DNA of 64,000 nt, taken from NCBI GenBank assembly GCA_003427395.1, contig BFEA01000001.1, forward strand, positions 12,264,031 to 12,328,030, written 5' to 3'. Below are positions 12,751-26,689 of this stretch, piece after piece. Position 1 is the first letter of the stretch. Each line of letters begins with the position of its first letter. This stretch comes from Chara braunii. Its lineage: Eukaryota > Plantae > Charophyceae. Below the pieces are notes generated by a model. The model ran no database searches. It was not told the origin of the DNA and worked only from the letters and a program-made list of their open reading frames with translations. The position numbers were made by a program, and so were the translations under genes.

Positions 12751-14232
12751 GCCTCGCAATTTAGTTGCGAGCAAAGAGCAGCACAACTTCTGACTAGTGT
12801 TCGTCAGTGTTAGTTCGCACGTGGCTGCCTGCAACTAATACGACATGCGAAGTGTGCTATCGTAGTCGGGTATATCTGACAGGCGCACAAGGTGGGGACC
12901 GCTGTACTGACGGCGAGGGAGGGAGGCTGAGGGGCCTAGACTGCGACGACAAAAGTCAAGGTCGGTGCAGAGGTGGAAGTGAGAGCAGCATGTGGGCCGT
13001 AGTCACTGGTGAAAGGTCCAGTAGAGGTGGAGGCAACGACCGTAGGCAACTGTGATGGAGTGGTGAGGTAGTAAGGTAGAGTTGGCAAAGCAAATCGAGG
13101 GAAACTAACTTGCAAGACCAAAGTAGAAGTAGCAATGAGGGAAGATGAAGGGTGAGCAACCTGAAAAGGGTGAGGTTGTCTCAGGGTAAGTATCTCCCCT
13201 TGGAGGTGCGCCATGGTGCCCTGCAAGGTAGCCACTCGCTGGGTGCGCGGGGTCGGAGGTAGAGGGGTCGGAGAGGGTACCCTGGCAGGAGGAAGTGAGG
13301 AGACAGGGGGGGAGGGAGAACTCCTAGTCGCAATGTCGCGACTGGTGTGGGAAGTTGTGAAGCAGCAATGGAATGGGTGAATAAGCCTGCTTGGCCAACT
13401 GTCGATGGCTGGCGAGCAGTGCATGCAATAATCGTTGAAAGGGAAGGAATGGCAGGGTCCGATAAAGGTGTCGCAACGTACGGGGTGGTCCGAGCGGAAG
13501 CGTAACTCACTACTACTGAGCGTGAGTGTTGGGCATGAGCCGCGGAGGAAAGAGAACTACCACGTCTCCATGTCTGAAGTTATGTGGAATTGGACTGGGA
13601 GCCTGTAGGGGATGAAGTGTAGGAGCGGTGGGGGGAACGATAGGGAGATCCCTTGAGGCTGTCGACGTCAAGGGTGAACGCAGTAAGTTCGCCTGTATTG
13701 GTGCGAGGAGGGCCGCGAGGACACTCTCAAGCTCCATAGGGGCCTAATGGATAATCGTTGTCTGAATGGGCGCTTGAGAGATGGATGGCGATGCAACAAT
13801 CTCCTCGGATGTACGTCCATATGCGGTGGATGGATAAGAGTAGACATGGCGGGAGGTGGAGAAGGAGGTGGGAAAGAGATGGGCCGATGTGTGGAGAAAG
13901 AGGCCCACCTGTGAGAGGAAGAGGACCACAGGAGCGGAGTGGGTAGTCGTGAGTCGGTGCATTCCATGACCAGCGGGTCGCACGTGAGAGGATAGCGCGA
14001 AGTTGGTCGAGCGGAGAGGATTCGTTCAGATCCAGGGTGCCCGGCGGGAGGAGGCGGGAGAAAAGGAGGTTTAGGAAAATCTTAAGAATCCTAAGCCCCA
14101 TAGAAACAGTAAGAAAACCCTAACCGAAATTTGAGGGGTTAGGGTAGAGTAGCGATGACCTAGTTAAGAAACAAAATAACAACCACGGCTTGAAGGGGGA
14201 AAAAAATAAAAAATAGTGAAATTTTGAGATAA

Positions 14233-14277
<45 letters not shown>

Positions 14278-16489
14278 TTAAAACGAGTAAATAAGCAAAA
14301 GGTGAGGAGAGAAATAATATTTATTTTTTTGAAATTTTCGGCAACATTTCCCTACTACTCTACAGGGTCAAAAATGTACCAAGAGGAAGGAGAGACCAAT
14401 AGAAACACACTAAGTTTCAAAATGCCAAAAAATAAATAAATAAATAGAAATAAATCGGGAGGTGGAGGAGAGTAAAGAGAAAACTAAAGTTTTGATTTTT
14501 TTCTAAATTTCGACAACATTTTGTTACGCTCATGGGGTCGAAGTATGCCGCCAATAAAAATAATTAAGTAAAAAATGGAAACATTTTGCCAACACTTCGC
14601 TATCCCCAAGGGCTGAAAATATATCAGAAGAAGAGAGTAGCGCGAAAAAAGAAAATTTTGGCAGCACTCGGTTACCCCTAAGCAAATGTGCGTCGATAGC
14701 AAAAAAAACTAAATCCTAACAAAATATTGAGATGTCGCAACAAAATTCAAATTTTCAGAGAAAAAAACAGAAATCGAAAAATAAGAAAAGAAACAAGGAA
14801 AAAAACAATTTGACTTTTTGAAAGAAAAAAAATTAAATAAAAAAGAAAAACAAAAAAAATTGAAGGAGGGGGGTGGGGAGGGGAATAAAAAAAGTGATGA
14901 AGAAATAGAGAAATATATGAGAAAGAATAAGAGATTGAAGTGAGAGGTGGGAAGACGATGGGGTTGTAATTGGAAGAGGGAAGGGGGAGAGGAGGGTGAG
15001 AGAATAGGAGAGAAAGGGATGCGATAGGTGGAGAAGAGATGGAAAAATTAGTGGAAAATAGTGAGTAAGGAGTAGAGGGGAGAAACAAATGGTGGAAAAT
15101 GAGTAAGCAGGAAGGGGGATGCGAAAAGAGTGGGAAAGAGATGAGAGAAGTAAGGAAAAAAGAAAAGAGGAGTGAGGTAGGATGAGGGAGTCATGGTAGT
15201 AGGGAAGCAAAAAGAGAGGAGTGAGGTAGGATGAGGGAGTAGTGGTAGAGTTTAGAAAAAATAATTAGAAAATGGGGGGAGCAAAAAAAAAAAAGGTTGG
15301 GGAAGAATAGGGTAGTCAGTAGGGAGGTTATACCAAACTCTTGGAAGGCCAAGAGTAGAGAATACTACCAAGATTCACAAGATCTTGGCCTTCAAGGTGC
15401 TACTGGTCTGCTGCCGTAGCAAAAAAAAAATAATGATGGTAATCTGGGGTTGGCTGAGATCTTGATCAGCCACCATGATTGCACAGTTACGCACCCCCTA
15501 GCCAGGGTGGCCTTCACTGCTGCCAAATTGCCGCTGCAGCAGTAAAAAAAAAAAAATCATCGTCATCGGGTGTTATGAGATCTTGATCAACCACCCAAAT
15601 CCCACTATAGTGCAGCCCCCTAGCCAGGGGGGTCCCCAAAAACTTTAAGAAGCTGCCACGTGGCACTGCATATGGTCACGTGAGCAGGCAGTAACAGCCA
15701 CGACGCCAGAAGATGAGGCGGGGGGGCAAATAGCAGCCCACCCATTGTTGTCGTGTTGGCTACCGCTCACCGCTCGTCGACGGGCGGTGGGGGTAAATAG
15801 CTGGCGTGACACTCTTCAACACCAACGTGCCACGCTACAGGGTTATGTATAGAATTTGGCCAGTGTGTTAAGCCACTGACTAACCACACGCATGGTTGGC
15901 ATCTGGTCACGTTCAAGTCCTAGCAGTTGCACTCTTAGATATTGATAGAATATAATTTGGGGGTGAGGTGGGGCGGGGCGGGGCAACGGGTCAGCGTGTG
16001 CACGTGGCGAGTGCTCGTGCAGCGGCCTTGGCCTTGGCGCTTGCGCATCGTTTTTGACACGTTGTCAGAGGTCGACGCGCCCCGTCAACAGGAGTTGACT
16101 CGTCGGAGTCAGGCCCTGCGCCGTATTAGCTCCAAGGGTTGTCAGTGGTTATGGTCAACAAAGTGTCGGTGCGCTGGTTAGTTTCCTTGGACCTAGTTAG
16201 CGAAAAAAAACAGCACGATGGTCCAATCTTAGGGAAGCCGAATCGTGGCCTTTGGTATGAACTGCCGTGTCTGCAAGGGCCAATTTAGTGGCCCCCGGTT
16301 CAAACGACACTGAAAACGGGCCAACGGTTAGTGAAAAAAATATAGTTCATCACTTGGGACTGAACCAACATGGCCGTATGGCCTTGTCGGGAAAGGTAGG
16401 GCCCCGAATGGTTAATGGAACACGATATAAGGCCCTTATAATAATTTAGAGGGGTCGGGGTTAATTTTAGATCGGGACCAACCCTTCGT

Positions 16490-16900
16490 ATTTCAAGGTC
16501 GGGTCTGTCTCAGTACCACACTATTTTTAGCGCAGTTGCTTGCTATTTTTAGCGCAGACCCGTCCTATTTTTAGCAGAGGCCCATGTTGTTTTTAGCACG
16601 GGACTGGTTGTTCGTGTCCCAAGGTTGGGCTTATCCCAGTCCCACACTATTTTTAGCACAGGGCCGTGTTATTTTTAGCGCAGGTCTGAGCTATTCTTAG
16701 CACAGGCCCATGCTATTTTTAGTGCAGGCCCGTGCTATTTTTAGCACGAGACTGGCTGTTCCTGTTCCAAGGCTGGGCCTGTTCTAGTCCTGCGCTATTT
16801 TTGGTGCAAGCCCGTGCTATTTTTAGCACAGGACTGTTTGTTCGTATTCCAAGGTCGGGACTAGTGGTAATTTTAGCGTAGACCTGGTCTATTTATAGCA
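16490..16900. repeat. Degenerate tandem array with unit core gctatttttagcrcag
   Basis: More than 10 copies of ctatttttagc-like cores. Confidence 0.85.
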
Positions 16901-17167
16901 CAAGCCCTAACCATGGGACAACAACACTTGGGCCCGACCTTTCAGTCTCTCCACTATAAAAGGAAAGGCTATTTCATTGATAACACATGCGGGAATGCAA
17001 AAGTGCTGGTGCAACGCCAAGAGGAAACTAGGACTAAAGCAAGGAGTAAGTAAGGGGAGGAACGAGTTGAGTGAGGATCAGGCAGACAGGAGGTAAAGGG
17101 AGGGGAGAATTGCTATGGCAGGGGCATAGGTCAGGTTTCTAGCCAGGACCATAGTCCCATCTCCCGC

Positions 17168-17210
<43 letters not shown>

Positions 17211-17299
17211 TTTTTTTTTTTCATCCTTGCCTGTGCACCTTCCATCTTTCTGGCTAGCTATCCTCATACACGGTCATTTGATCTATATGTGTGTTTATC

Positions 17300-18720
17300 C
17301 AATGCACTTGCGCTCATACTAGCTAGTGCACACGTGGATCAACACGGTCACGCGCACCTGCTACACGCCCACTGGATATGCCTTGTGTATCTTCGGGATC
17401 ACTACCACGCGTGCCTGTTGTGCACCCACAAGATCTGTCTTGTGTATCTTTGGGATCACTACCACACACTCCTGCTGTGTGCCCACAACATTTCGAACTG
17501 AGGATTGTGTTGTGACCGCGTGGATCGCATTGTGGCCGTGCGCTCACAACACTGAGGATTGCATTGTGGTTGTATGCCCACAACATCTCGAACTGAGGAT
17601 CTCATTGTGACCGTGTGCCCACAACGTTTTGTATTGAGGATTGAATTATGGCCGTGCGCCCACAACACTGAGGATCACATTATTGTTGTGCGCCACTTGC
17701 GCTCATACTAGTTAGTGCACGCCTCGATCAACATTGCCACGCGCCCCTGGATCAGAACTGCCACGCGCACCTGGATCAACACTTCCACGCGCGGTTGCTG
17801 CGCGCTCACTAGATCTGCCTTGTGTATCTTTGGGATCACTGCCACGCGCGTCTGTTGCGCGACCACTGGATCTGCCTTGTGTATCTTCGGGATCACTACC
17901 ACGCGCGCCTGCTATGCGCGCATAAGATTTATCTTGTGTATCTTCGGGATCACTACCACTTGCTCCTGCTGTGCGCCTACAACATTTCGAACTGAGGATC
18001 GTGTTGTGACCGTGTGGATCGTATTGTGGTCATGCGCTCACAACACTGAGGATTGCATTGTGGTTGTGTGCCCACAACATCTGGAACTGAGGATCGCATT
18101 GTGACCGTGCGTCCATAACGTTTTGTATTGAGGATCATTGTGGCCATGCGCCCACTACAGTGAGGATCACATTATGGTTGTGAGCACAACATTCCGAACT
18201 GAGGATCGCATTGTGGTCGTGCGCCCACATTACTGAGGATCGCATTGTGGATGTGCGCCCACAATATTTTGAACGGAGCATCATATTGTCACCGTGCGCC
18301 CACAATGTTTTGTATTGAGGATCGCATTGTGGTCATGCGCCCACAGCACTGAGGATCGAATTGTGGATGTGCGCTCACAACATTTCGAACTGAGCGCCTA
18401 CAGTAATGAGGATCTCATTGTGGTCGTGCCCCCACAACATTTCGAAATGAGGATCACGTTGTGACCATGTGCCCACTACATTTTGTATTGATGATCACAC
18501 TGTGGTCGTGCATCCACTGCATTTCAAACTAAGGATCAGATTGAGGCCATGCACTAGTGGCATTTCGTATTGAGAATCGGATTGAGACCGTGCACCCGCT
18601 ACATTTCGTATTGAGGATCTAATTGATGTCCTGCGCTCACAACATTTTTTTACCGAGAATCAGAGTGCGGTTGTATGCCTGCAACATTTCGTATGAGGAT
18701 CAAATCACTCCATGCGTGAG
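17300..18720. repeat. Minisatellite (~33/41-bp units, cacaaca..ctgaggatcgcattgtggtcgtgcgcc) with a higher-order duplication starting cacttgcgctcatactag
   Basis: Seen directly; blocks at ~17305 and ~17695 are duplicated. Confidence 0.92.
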
Positions 18721-18944
18721 TAATCGTGCCCACTGATATGTTGGCGGTATTCGCACTCTGAGCAACGAAATGCATGGGGGTAATGTTGAACTGTGTTCAT
18801 ACTCATAACGCTAATGCTGAGTTGTGTTCCCACTTGGATTTAGTAATGCTAGGCAGCGTTTCGACATGGCTTGGTGATGTCAGGTCCTTGTGTCCGCACA
18901 GAGAAAAGAGCAGGGTTACTCAGCCTATTGGATTGTTGCTGATG

Positions 18945-19400
18945 TATTGCGCGTCCAAGCACGAACTGGTTGTTTCAGTGTGCGCCTAAGCCCGAACTTG
19001 TTGATTTAGTGTGGGCCCAAGCTTGGACTGGGTGATTTAGTGCACGCCTAAGTTCGACATTATTGTATTAGTACACGCCCAGGCTCGGTTGTCGATTTAG
19101 TGCGCGCCCAGGCCCGACATTGTTGTTTTGGTGCACGCCCGTGCTTGGTATTGTTGTTTTAGTGCGCGCCTAAGCCGGAATTCGCTGATTGCGTGCGCGT
19201 TGACGCTCGGATTGGTTGATTTGGTGCACGCCCAAGCTCGAACTGGCAGATTGAGTGTGCGCCCAAGATCGGGCTGGCTGATTTGGTGCTCGTCCAACCT
19301 CGGACGGGCTGATAGAGTGCGCGTTCAAGCTCGACCTCGCTGATCTATGCCCAAGCTTGGACTTGCTGATATAGTGTGTGGCCAGACTCAAATTTGCTAT
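18945..19400. repeat. ~30-bp degenerate tandem repeat (gcgcccaagctcggac..gatttagtgt)
   Basis: About 14 units at ~30-bp period. Confidence 0.85.
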
Positions 19401-19689
19401 TACTGAGCACTGTCGCACTTTTTCCAGTCAGGCCACTTCAGGCGACCAAAAAGCCAATAAGCTGTCACGTAGGATTTTTATGAATTTTTACATTAAATAA
19501 ACAAATTAAATAATGCAAATCCATTCTTGTTGTGTGCGTCCAGCTTCGAGCGAGACCTTTCAATTGCGGTCTTCGTCGGTCCCCGGTCTTAGAAATCTTT
19601 GATTACGATTCTGAACAATAATGATAATGCCAATAATGAATTGAAAATTTAAAAATATGTTATGTATAAATCAAGTTTTGTTGATTTAA

Positions 19690-20520
19690 AAAATTTGAGA
19701 ACTGCTACAAGATCAGTAGAAAGCATAGTCTCAGGCAAGGTCAATGCAAACAAATCGGGATTGACTGACTCAAAGCAAAAACAAGATGAATGAAAGAAAG
19801 TAAGAACTTATAATAATCTTAGAAAGTACAGAAGGATAGATATGGTCAGTACTCGTCAATAGTCCTCCCTCTCCCGCTCAAGTTTCATCCTCAATCTCTC
19901 ATTGGACATTGCGTCTCTTGTGCCTTGAGCCACACCTATGTACTTCCCAAGATTATGGTCTAGAGATGTGGAGCCACCCTAAAACCTGCAAGTTTCAAAT
20001 ACGTCCATCCAAAGCCAAAGATACGGAAAGCATAGCACATAACTTCTCTCATACAATAGGAAGATGTGGCTTGCAGAAGATCCCTTGTCTGAGATGCCGA
20101 AACTATGAGTGTTCAGTTATTGCCTCTTAGTCAATCTCTATAGAGGAGATATACCTCTTGGGTCAAATCGACCAAGTCACTCAGTAAGAACCATCTGTGA
20201 GGAGAAAAGGTACCAGAGGTCCGGGGTCATCAGTGTAAAGCTTGGGTCCAAAGCTACGAATCAGATTTGTGCCACTATCGTCAAACTCTCGCTCTCTCGC
20301 CTTAAGATATTTGGCTGTTGGGATCCATACTAAATCAAAGGCTTCACATAGATCCTTAGGTCATTAATAGTACCTTCTGCAAACTCAGTGAGAACCACAA
20401 AGATTGAGAAATTTTATTGTCTGAAACCAATTGGACTGACATATCGGTACTGGAAAGCATCCTTGAAAGCAATCTGGTTGAGACTGGTCAAGACCAACCC
20501 TTCAATTGAAAATGACTGAA
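19690..20520 (-). pseudogene. Decayed ORF of unknown function (cargo A), homologous to 38820-39680
   Basis: Translates FDLVWIPTAKYLKAREREFDDSGTNLIRSFGPKLYTDDPGPLVPFLLTDG; differences from the second copy are mostly synonymous in the segment compared. Confidence 0.7.
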
Positions 20521-20742
20521 CTACACTCATATGAGTGACAATTACTGCAAGTTTCTTATGATATATCTCGCCTGTTTGACTGTCTACGACGATGTAGCTG
20601 TGTTGATCGTCTCACCACTGTGATTATGATAATTCACTGTGTACTCGATTATGGATTTTCTTTTGACAATGCTAAGTATTTTTTTTCTCATCTGATTCTT
20701 GAATGATGTGATGTAGTTTGTCTCAGTGTCTTCCCACTTGTC

Positions 20743-20780
20743 CTATCTCTTATACACATCTAGATGTGTATAAGAGACAG
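20743..20780. other. Nextera mate-pair junction adapter (assembly artefact)
   Basis: ctatctcttatacacatctagatgtgtataagagacag differs by 1 nt from CTGTCTCTTATACACATCT+AGATGTGTATAAGAGACAG; flanked by spurious local duplications 20675-20955. Confidence 0.97.
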
Positions 20781-23700
20781 GGTGTAGTTTGTCTCAGTGT
20801 CTTCCCACTTGTCAGATCTCTTTCATAGTGTTTTCCATATTACCCACAAAGTATTTTTTTTCTCATCTGATTCTTGAATGATGTGATGTAGTTTGTCTCA
20901 GTGTCTTCCCACTTGTCAGATCTCTTTCATAGTGTTTTCCATATTACCCACAAAACGTTCCTCTTTCTCATTTCTTCCCCTTACTATAACTGAGAATTCA
21001 AACAACTCTTATGCCACAAAGCAAAGTTATTTGTTCTCAACTGTACTTTGGTCCTTTCTTATTTTGTCACTTGAAATGAGATAATCAGATTGAACTCACT
21101 ATTACGGTAAAATTATTAATGGTTACCGACAACCCTTATTGCTCGGTCAACAGTCTCGATGGATAAAAGTGTGATGTGCAATTTTTCGTCTTATCCATAC
21201 AAATATATGATATATTCAATGAACTTATGATTCTTCTCTAACTCTAGTGTTTGCTATCTCATTGACTTTATGTGGTACTGGACATCTTCAACAACTTTCT
21301 CCTCCCAGCCTTCCACTTTGTCTTGGTAAAGAGTATGGAGGATTACTTGTATATTCTCACTTCTTAAGGTTTTCCCTTCTTCTCTGCAAAATCCCATTGC
21401 AAAGACCCTTGGATGAGAGGCTAAAAAGTATACAAGGGAACCTTCATTATTCGGAGGTCTTGAAAGTCGTTCAAATTTATCATCAATAACAGACTATTGA
21501 TACTAACTTCAACGGGCTCAGGGTGAATTGACCCGTAGTCAAAGCACGTAGGAACAATATATTGCTAAGGCTAGCGACAAACAAGCCATAGTAAATTCGA
21601 ACTACAATCCACCCACTACTATTTTTTTAGTAGACAACTAACTGCAAAAATCTTCAACTCCTCCTTGGTTGTAAGTAGCCTTTGATTTCAGTAGTTGAAG
21701 AGGGAATATAAGTTTATCTTGATGTGTAACCTTATGACACGATTGAGGAAACTATTGGTAATTTACTACACTGCCAGTTTATTCTCCAAAATAAAGGGCT
21801 TGCTGACGACAAACAACTGCTAAGAGGCTAAAAGTAGCAACACTTGCAACTGATGCTCTTTGTTGCTGCGACAAATCTCTGAATCTCTTCACGAGTAAAC
21901 CACTGTAGATACTAGCTATACACAGTCTGTTACCGAGTCTTACGAAAAACTGTCCATTGCCGAGTCTCATAACGAAACGGCTTACTGCTGAGACTCACGG
22001 TGGACAATATACGCTTTTATGACAACAAAAAGTGTGATCAGCCATAACCCCTGTTCACATATAATACAACTTGTTGTTGGACACATCTGATTGTATACAG
22101 CACGGGGATGTTGCAAAGCAGTAACCTCATTCGTATATAATACGGGGAGTAGCAGTAAGAAACCCCCGTTAATATACCACCAGACGAAGTAATTGAATAA
22201 CGCTTCACGAAGCAATCCTCATTAATAGTTAGAGCGAAATAGAACTCCTAGTTGTTTCTGTTCAAGTACTTGATAGCGCATCACCAGTGGTGATTTTTTC
22301 TTGAATAAGTGTGTAACTTACTGACGAAAGCAAGCAATGTTTGAATAATGTGTTAGTTCTACTAAAATGAATCTCACTAGAATACCGCACAGGGTGTTAT
22401 TGAATACTATTCTCGTTGTAATGGTTGGTTGGAAACTAAAGTACCAGGTGCAGTATAATAAATCAAAATTAACAAATATGATTTAATTATTAGTTAAATC
22501 TTTAAAGAAGATTAAACTTTTATTTGTCTGACGTTGGTACGCAATAAGTTAGAAAGAAATAAATAATGCAATTATCAAGATTAGGGTAGTCCAACTTGTG
22601 CATGCATAAGATAATCGAATCTCTAGGTTGATCCCTCTATGTCTCTAACACGCTTAGTAGTTGTGGACTAATCAGGTCCACATGGCGTTCATAACCTACT
22701 AACGCTAATGGGTTGAACTAATCTCAACAAAATTCAAATCGGTGTCAATTCCTACCTCTTCACTTATTTACCTATTTTAAACCACCTAGAATGTTTAATA
22801 TTAGGACAAGTCTCCATCAATTAAAAACTTAGCAAGCAAATACATTATTTTCCTTAGAGTGCGTTCTCTTGCTCATTGAACGATGATGCACGATAAGAAG
22901 GAGTTAATGAAACTGATTTGCATGTTTTTCTTACATTTCTATGTCAACCCTTCTTGCAAAAGAAACGTTGAGTTACCATCGACTTCTGATTCATAAAATG
23001 AAGCTCAATCGATAAGCATACAAAAACAAGTGTTTACCATTTCGTCATTTTGAGTCAGTATGTTCATGAAGCAAGTAATAAAGGACATTGCTCGATACCA
23101 AACTTATCACAGTTAAAAACTATGCACGTTCTTAATGCTTATTTTAAAATTAACAAAACATGATGGAAATGGTCAAAAAATTCAAGAGTGGAAACGTGAG
23201 TTTTTATCTGTCAGATTCGATCATGCGCCACTCAACTCAACTGTCAGAATCTCATGACTAACGATCAAATCCTTCGCCGATCAGAATTATCAGAAAATAA
23301 TCGTATTACTACATTCTTCCATTCTTTATCATAATCAAACTAAACGAGTAAGGACAACTACTAGCACTTTGCATCGTGTTATTCCCCACTTTTGTTGTCC
23401 ATAAACACTTCATGTGTGATCCTCTTCAATGCGCCGGCGTACTATTAATGATCAGTAACGCCGCATTGTTTCTTTTTCTGGTCACATATGATAAAAGTTT
23501 GGAAACAGTACAATTGACATTGACTTCTTACTTACAAATAAAACTTCAAAGAGAGATTTGCATACGAGTCTCTCAAGTGTAGCACATCTCATCAAAATAA
23601 AAATGTGGTTGGAGTCACTGGGAAGCTACTCTCGCATCGTCGTCTGAGTAACAATCGTCCCATAGTTATTTCACATACCCTACCTCATTTAAGTAGCGAA

Positions 23701-24734
23701 CTCATCTGCACTTGGCCTAGGCACTAGTGAGAGGAACGACCATCTTGGCCGTTTTCCTGAAATCTAATTTTGGCAGATCACTCGACTTCATGACCTCTCA
23801 CTCATAGTTGATACTTACTAGTCATGCCTTCATAACTTCAAGACAGATACCGGGCAAATACAATTCTCACGTGACAGCCGGTACCTGATTTGGTCACTCT
23901 CTCGCACTTCTACTTGATAAGAATATTAGTAACAGTAGCAACAATGCAGACCGCACGAAGAAATATGTGATATCCAAGAAAAAAAAAACGACATCATTGC
24001 TCACTTGCGTCCCTGAAGAAGCTTAAGCCTTAGTCTTGCCATCAATGACTGTCTTATGACACTTCAGCATCTATACACACAACACTATGGCTTAAATGAT
24101 AGAATGCGACGTCAATAAAAAAATTCTCACACAACACGTTAACGAATGTCTGATTTGCATCATTCGTGTGTCGTTAATCATACCTTGCTCGTACTTCAAG
24201 AGAAAACGTTGCCCGAAGGTTACCCTACTCGTAACTTACAGCGTCGTCCTCTATACTCGCCTTGTCATCTTGTGGACAACAAGCGACTCAACCTTTCCTC
24301 CTTCTTTACTCACCAAAACACAAGTGAAAGTGAAGTCGATCATCGCTTGTAGTCCAATAAAGGGTGTCCGTGCAAGCAACCTCAACCATGCGTTCAATGA
24401 ATGTCTGATTCCTTTTATATGCGCTCACTAATGGTGTTCTTAGTTGCTCGTTCTTTCTCATTTTGTCATGACATGAACGAAGTTGACAGGAAAATCAGGT
24501 AAGGCGAGTCGAATGAAAATGTAGATGATAACGACTTCAGGAAGTGTGCATCTCTGCAATCACTTTCAAGATATGACCGCTATCACCCACGCTGGAGTTA
24601 ATGACCCGTATACGTCAACTTTACTTTCTCTACGGCTTACAACCACCTCATGGACTCATTGCGTTTGTTAGTAGCGTCATGCCTTGAGCGAGGGAGGTGA
24701 CGTCAACTAAATTGTCTTCACGTTGTCGAGCGCT

Positions 24735-25050
24735 CGGTCCTGCAGGGGGACCCTCCCGGCCGCGGCACGCAGGATTTGTGCAGAATTTTTTCGTTGTAGA
24801 GCTTTCGTCGCTCCAACCGAGTACGCCAACCATACCTCTCGCGAAGCCCTACGACAGGATAGGGTCACGCAAGGTACAACTTACCTCTGCCCGAGGGGTT
24901 GTCACCACCCTTGGACATGCGTATCCCTGCCGAGCTACCGAACCACGTGCAACGCTTCTCAGTTGCAATCGCAGAGGTGACCTAGTCGAGGGCGTTTCTC
25001 GTACGTTGTAGCATAGAGGGTACGTTTAGTTGAACGCCTTAATCAGACCA
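24735..25050 (-). ncRNA. Putative conserved structured RNA module b (copy 1)
   Basis: Four copies in the window with covarying stems around an invariant GGUGACA loop. Confidence 0.55.
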
Positions 25051-25056
25051 GTACAC

Positions 25057-25640
25057 TGTCACACTTTTTCCGGTCCGACCACTTTTGACGACCAGAAAGC
25101 CAATAGGTTGTCACATAGGATTTTGAAGACTTTGGCATTAATTAATTTAAGCAAATATGTCGTGTGCGTTAGGCTTCGAGCGAGACCCTTTAGTTACGGT
25201 CTTCGCCGGTCTCCGGTGTCGAGCGCATCAGTCCGGCACCGCGCAAGGCAGCGCGGGACCCTCCCGGCCGCGTCACGCAGGAGTTGGTTTATTCCTTCGT
25301 CGCGAATACACATGGAGCTTCCGCAAGCCGCTCCGGCCGAGTGCGCCAGCCATACCTCCCTCGAGCCCCTACGACAGGATAGGGCCTACGCGAGGCACGA
25401 CTTACCTCCACCTTACGGGAGTTGTCACCTCCCTTCGGTGGGCGTATCCCCACCGAGCTACCAGTCCATAATACGAAAGCTGATCAGTTGCAATCGCAGA
25501 GGTGGACCGAACGAGGGCATTTCTCGTTCGCTGTAGCATAGGGGGTACACGCGGTAATACGCCTCTATTAGACCCGCACGTGAACCGACATCTTGGGAGG
25601 CTATGATGGTGTACTATGTAGTGCGCATAATCAAGCGGTC
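25057..25640 (-). ncRNA. Cargo-less cassette: module b directly joined to hairpin module a and the terminus
   Basis: a (25057-25230) abuts b (25245-25600). Confidence 0.55.
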
Positions 25641-26689
25641 TCTCGTGGATTCGAGTACCGCTTATGACGCTCAAGTGTCAGACTCGAAGTGTTGTGAGAG
25701 TCTGATTCCTCACGGATATTGCACGGCTGAAGGAATAGTCGTGCAGCCGCCACGAGACCTCCGGCCTTTGATCTAAGCGTCTCGGTAAGCAAGGCAAATA
25801 GGCTTTGCACGGGGGCAGATTCCTTCCTTGCAGAGTCTAGGGCTTGGGATGTCCTGGACAAGGGCCTTGAATCCCGGTCCATGACCAACGTCCAACTATA
25901 AAAATCTTCTAAAAAGCAAAGGATAAAAGAGGGTTTTCCTTTTCTCTCAAACGCATAATATGTTTAACCCTTACGCGCGGTCGCAATAGGCCGCACGAAA
26001 CACTCGAGACACATATATATAGAGGGTTATTAATATAGGACGATCACTTCTCACAGTCATAGTGAGACTCCTCTCAGCCATATATGTATGTAATCGCAGG
26101 CAGTCACATCCTGAGTCCGAACCACAATTATACCTGCAATCACATCAAGATTCAACAAAAGTCCACGCACTTCACGGGGTCAACTTCAACCATTTTCTAT
26201 GCTCATATCCCTCGCGTTAGCCACACAAACCTCACTCTTGTGCAACTCCCCAAAATAAATACTCAGTACTTTTGTTAAATGGCTATTCAATAAAGTCCGG
26301 GTGAAAAACACAATGAAACAGTTCAAACCACAGGGCTAAAGCCTTTAGGTTAAGTGGCAAGAGTAGATTGGAGTTGAATCGTTAACCGACAAATCGGCAA
26401 CCGACCTGTTATAAGTGATACCAGTAGATGATCCTCGTAGGATCAAGTTGAAACTAGTCCAAATCCTGAATCAAACGATCAAGAGGACCTGTAACACATG
26501 ACAGGCCAATCCCAAAGCTAAAATTATAAGTGTATGGAGAATACAACTTCATAACACATTCTCACCCAAGACCCTCCTAATTGACTAAGTTTGAATCTAC
26601 CTTTAAGCAGTGCCTAAAGCAAAGGTAAGCCCTGACATAATCTGCGGGGTTTTTGTAAGCAGTGCCTAAAGCAAAGCTGCCTAACACAT

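Larger units (their letters stand above)
5551..14100 (-). mobile_element. Degenerate Ty3/Gypsy chromovirus LTR retrotransposon (gag-PR-RT-RH-INT-chromodomain); boundaries approximate
   Basis: Ordered minus-strand remnants: gag-like 12239-12523, protease-like ~11100-11260, RT, RNase H, integrase, chromodomain; many stops and frameshifts. Left end begins TG next to the (CT)n; no matching second LTR found. Confidence 0.9.
19411..25056 (-). mobile_element. Unclassified element copy A: terminus + hairpin module a (19411-19590), ~5 kb AT-rich cargo, structured module b (24735-25050)
   Basis: 19408-19590 aligns with 25054-25215; 24735-25050 aligns with 25245-25580, 61125-61450 and rc 50470-50730. 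Confidence 0.6.

Noticed and set aside
15855-15930. tRNA-like sequence with a 13-nt U6atac-like word (atggttggcatct)
   Set aside because: No cloverleaf and the match is too short; at most a decayed SINE head
17300-18720. Possible CRISPR array
   Set aside because: Units are mutually similar throughout; ordinary minisatellite with no unique spacers
20675-20955. Palindrome with Tn5 mosaic ends and triple local duplication
   Set aside because: Nextera mate-pair adapter; library or assembly artefact
24880-24890. acttacct as a U1 snRNA 5' end in module b
   Set aside because: No further U1 similarity; better read as a minus-strand splice donor
25175-25235. Hammerhead-like ctgatgc..gaag on the minus strand of module a
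   Set aside because: Non-canonical core, and absent from c-type copies
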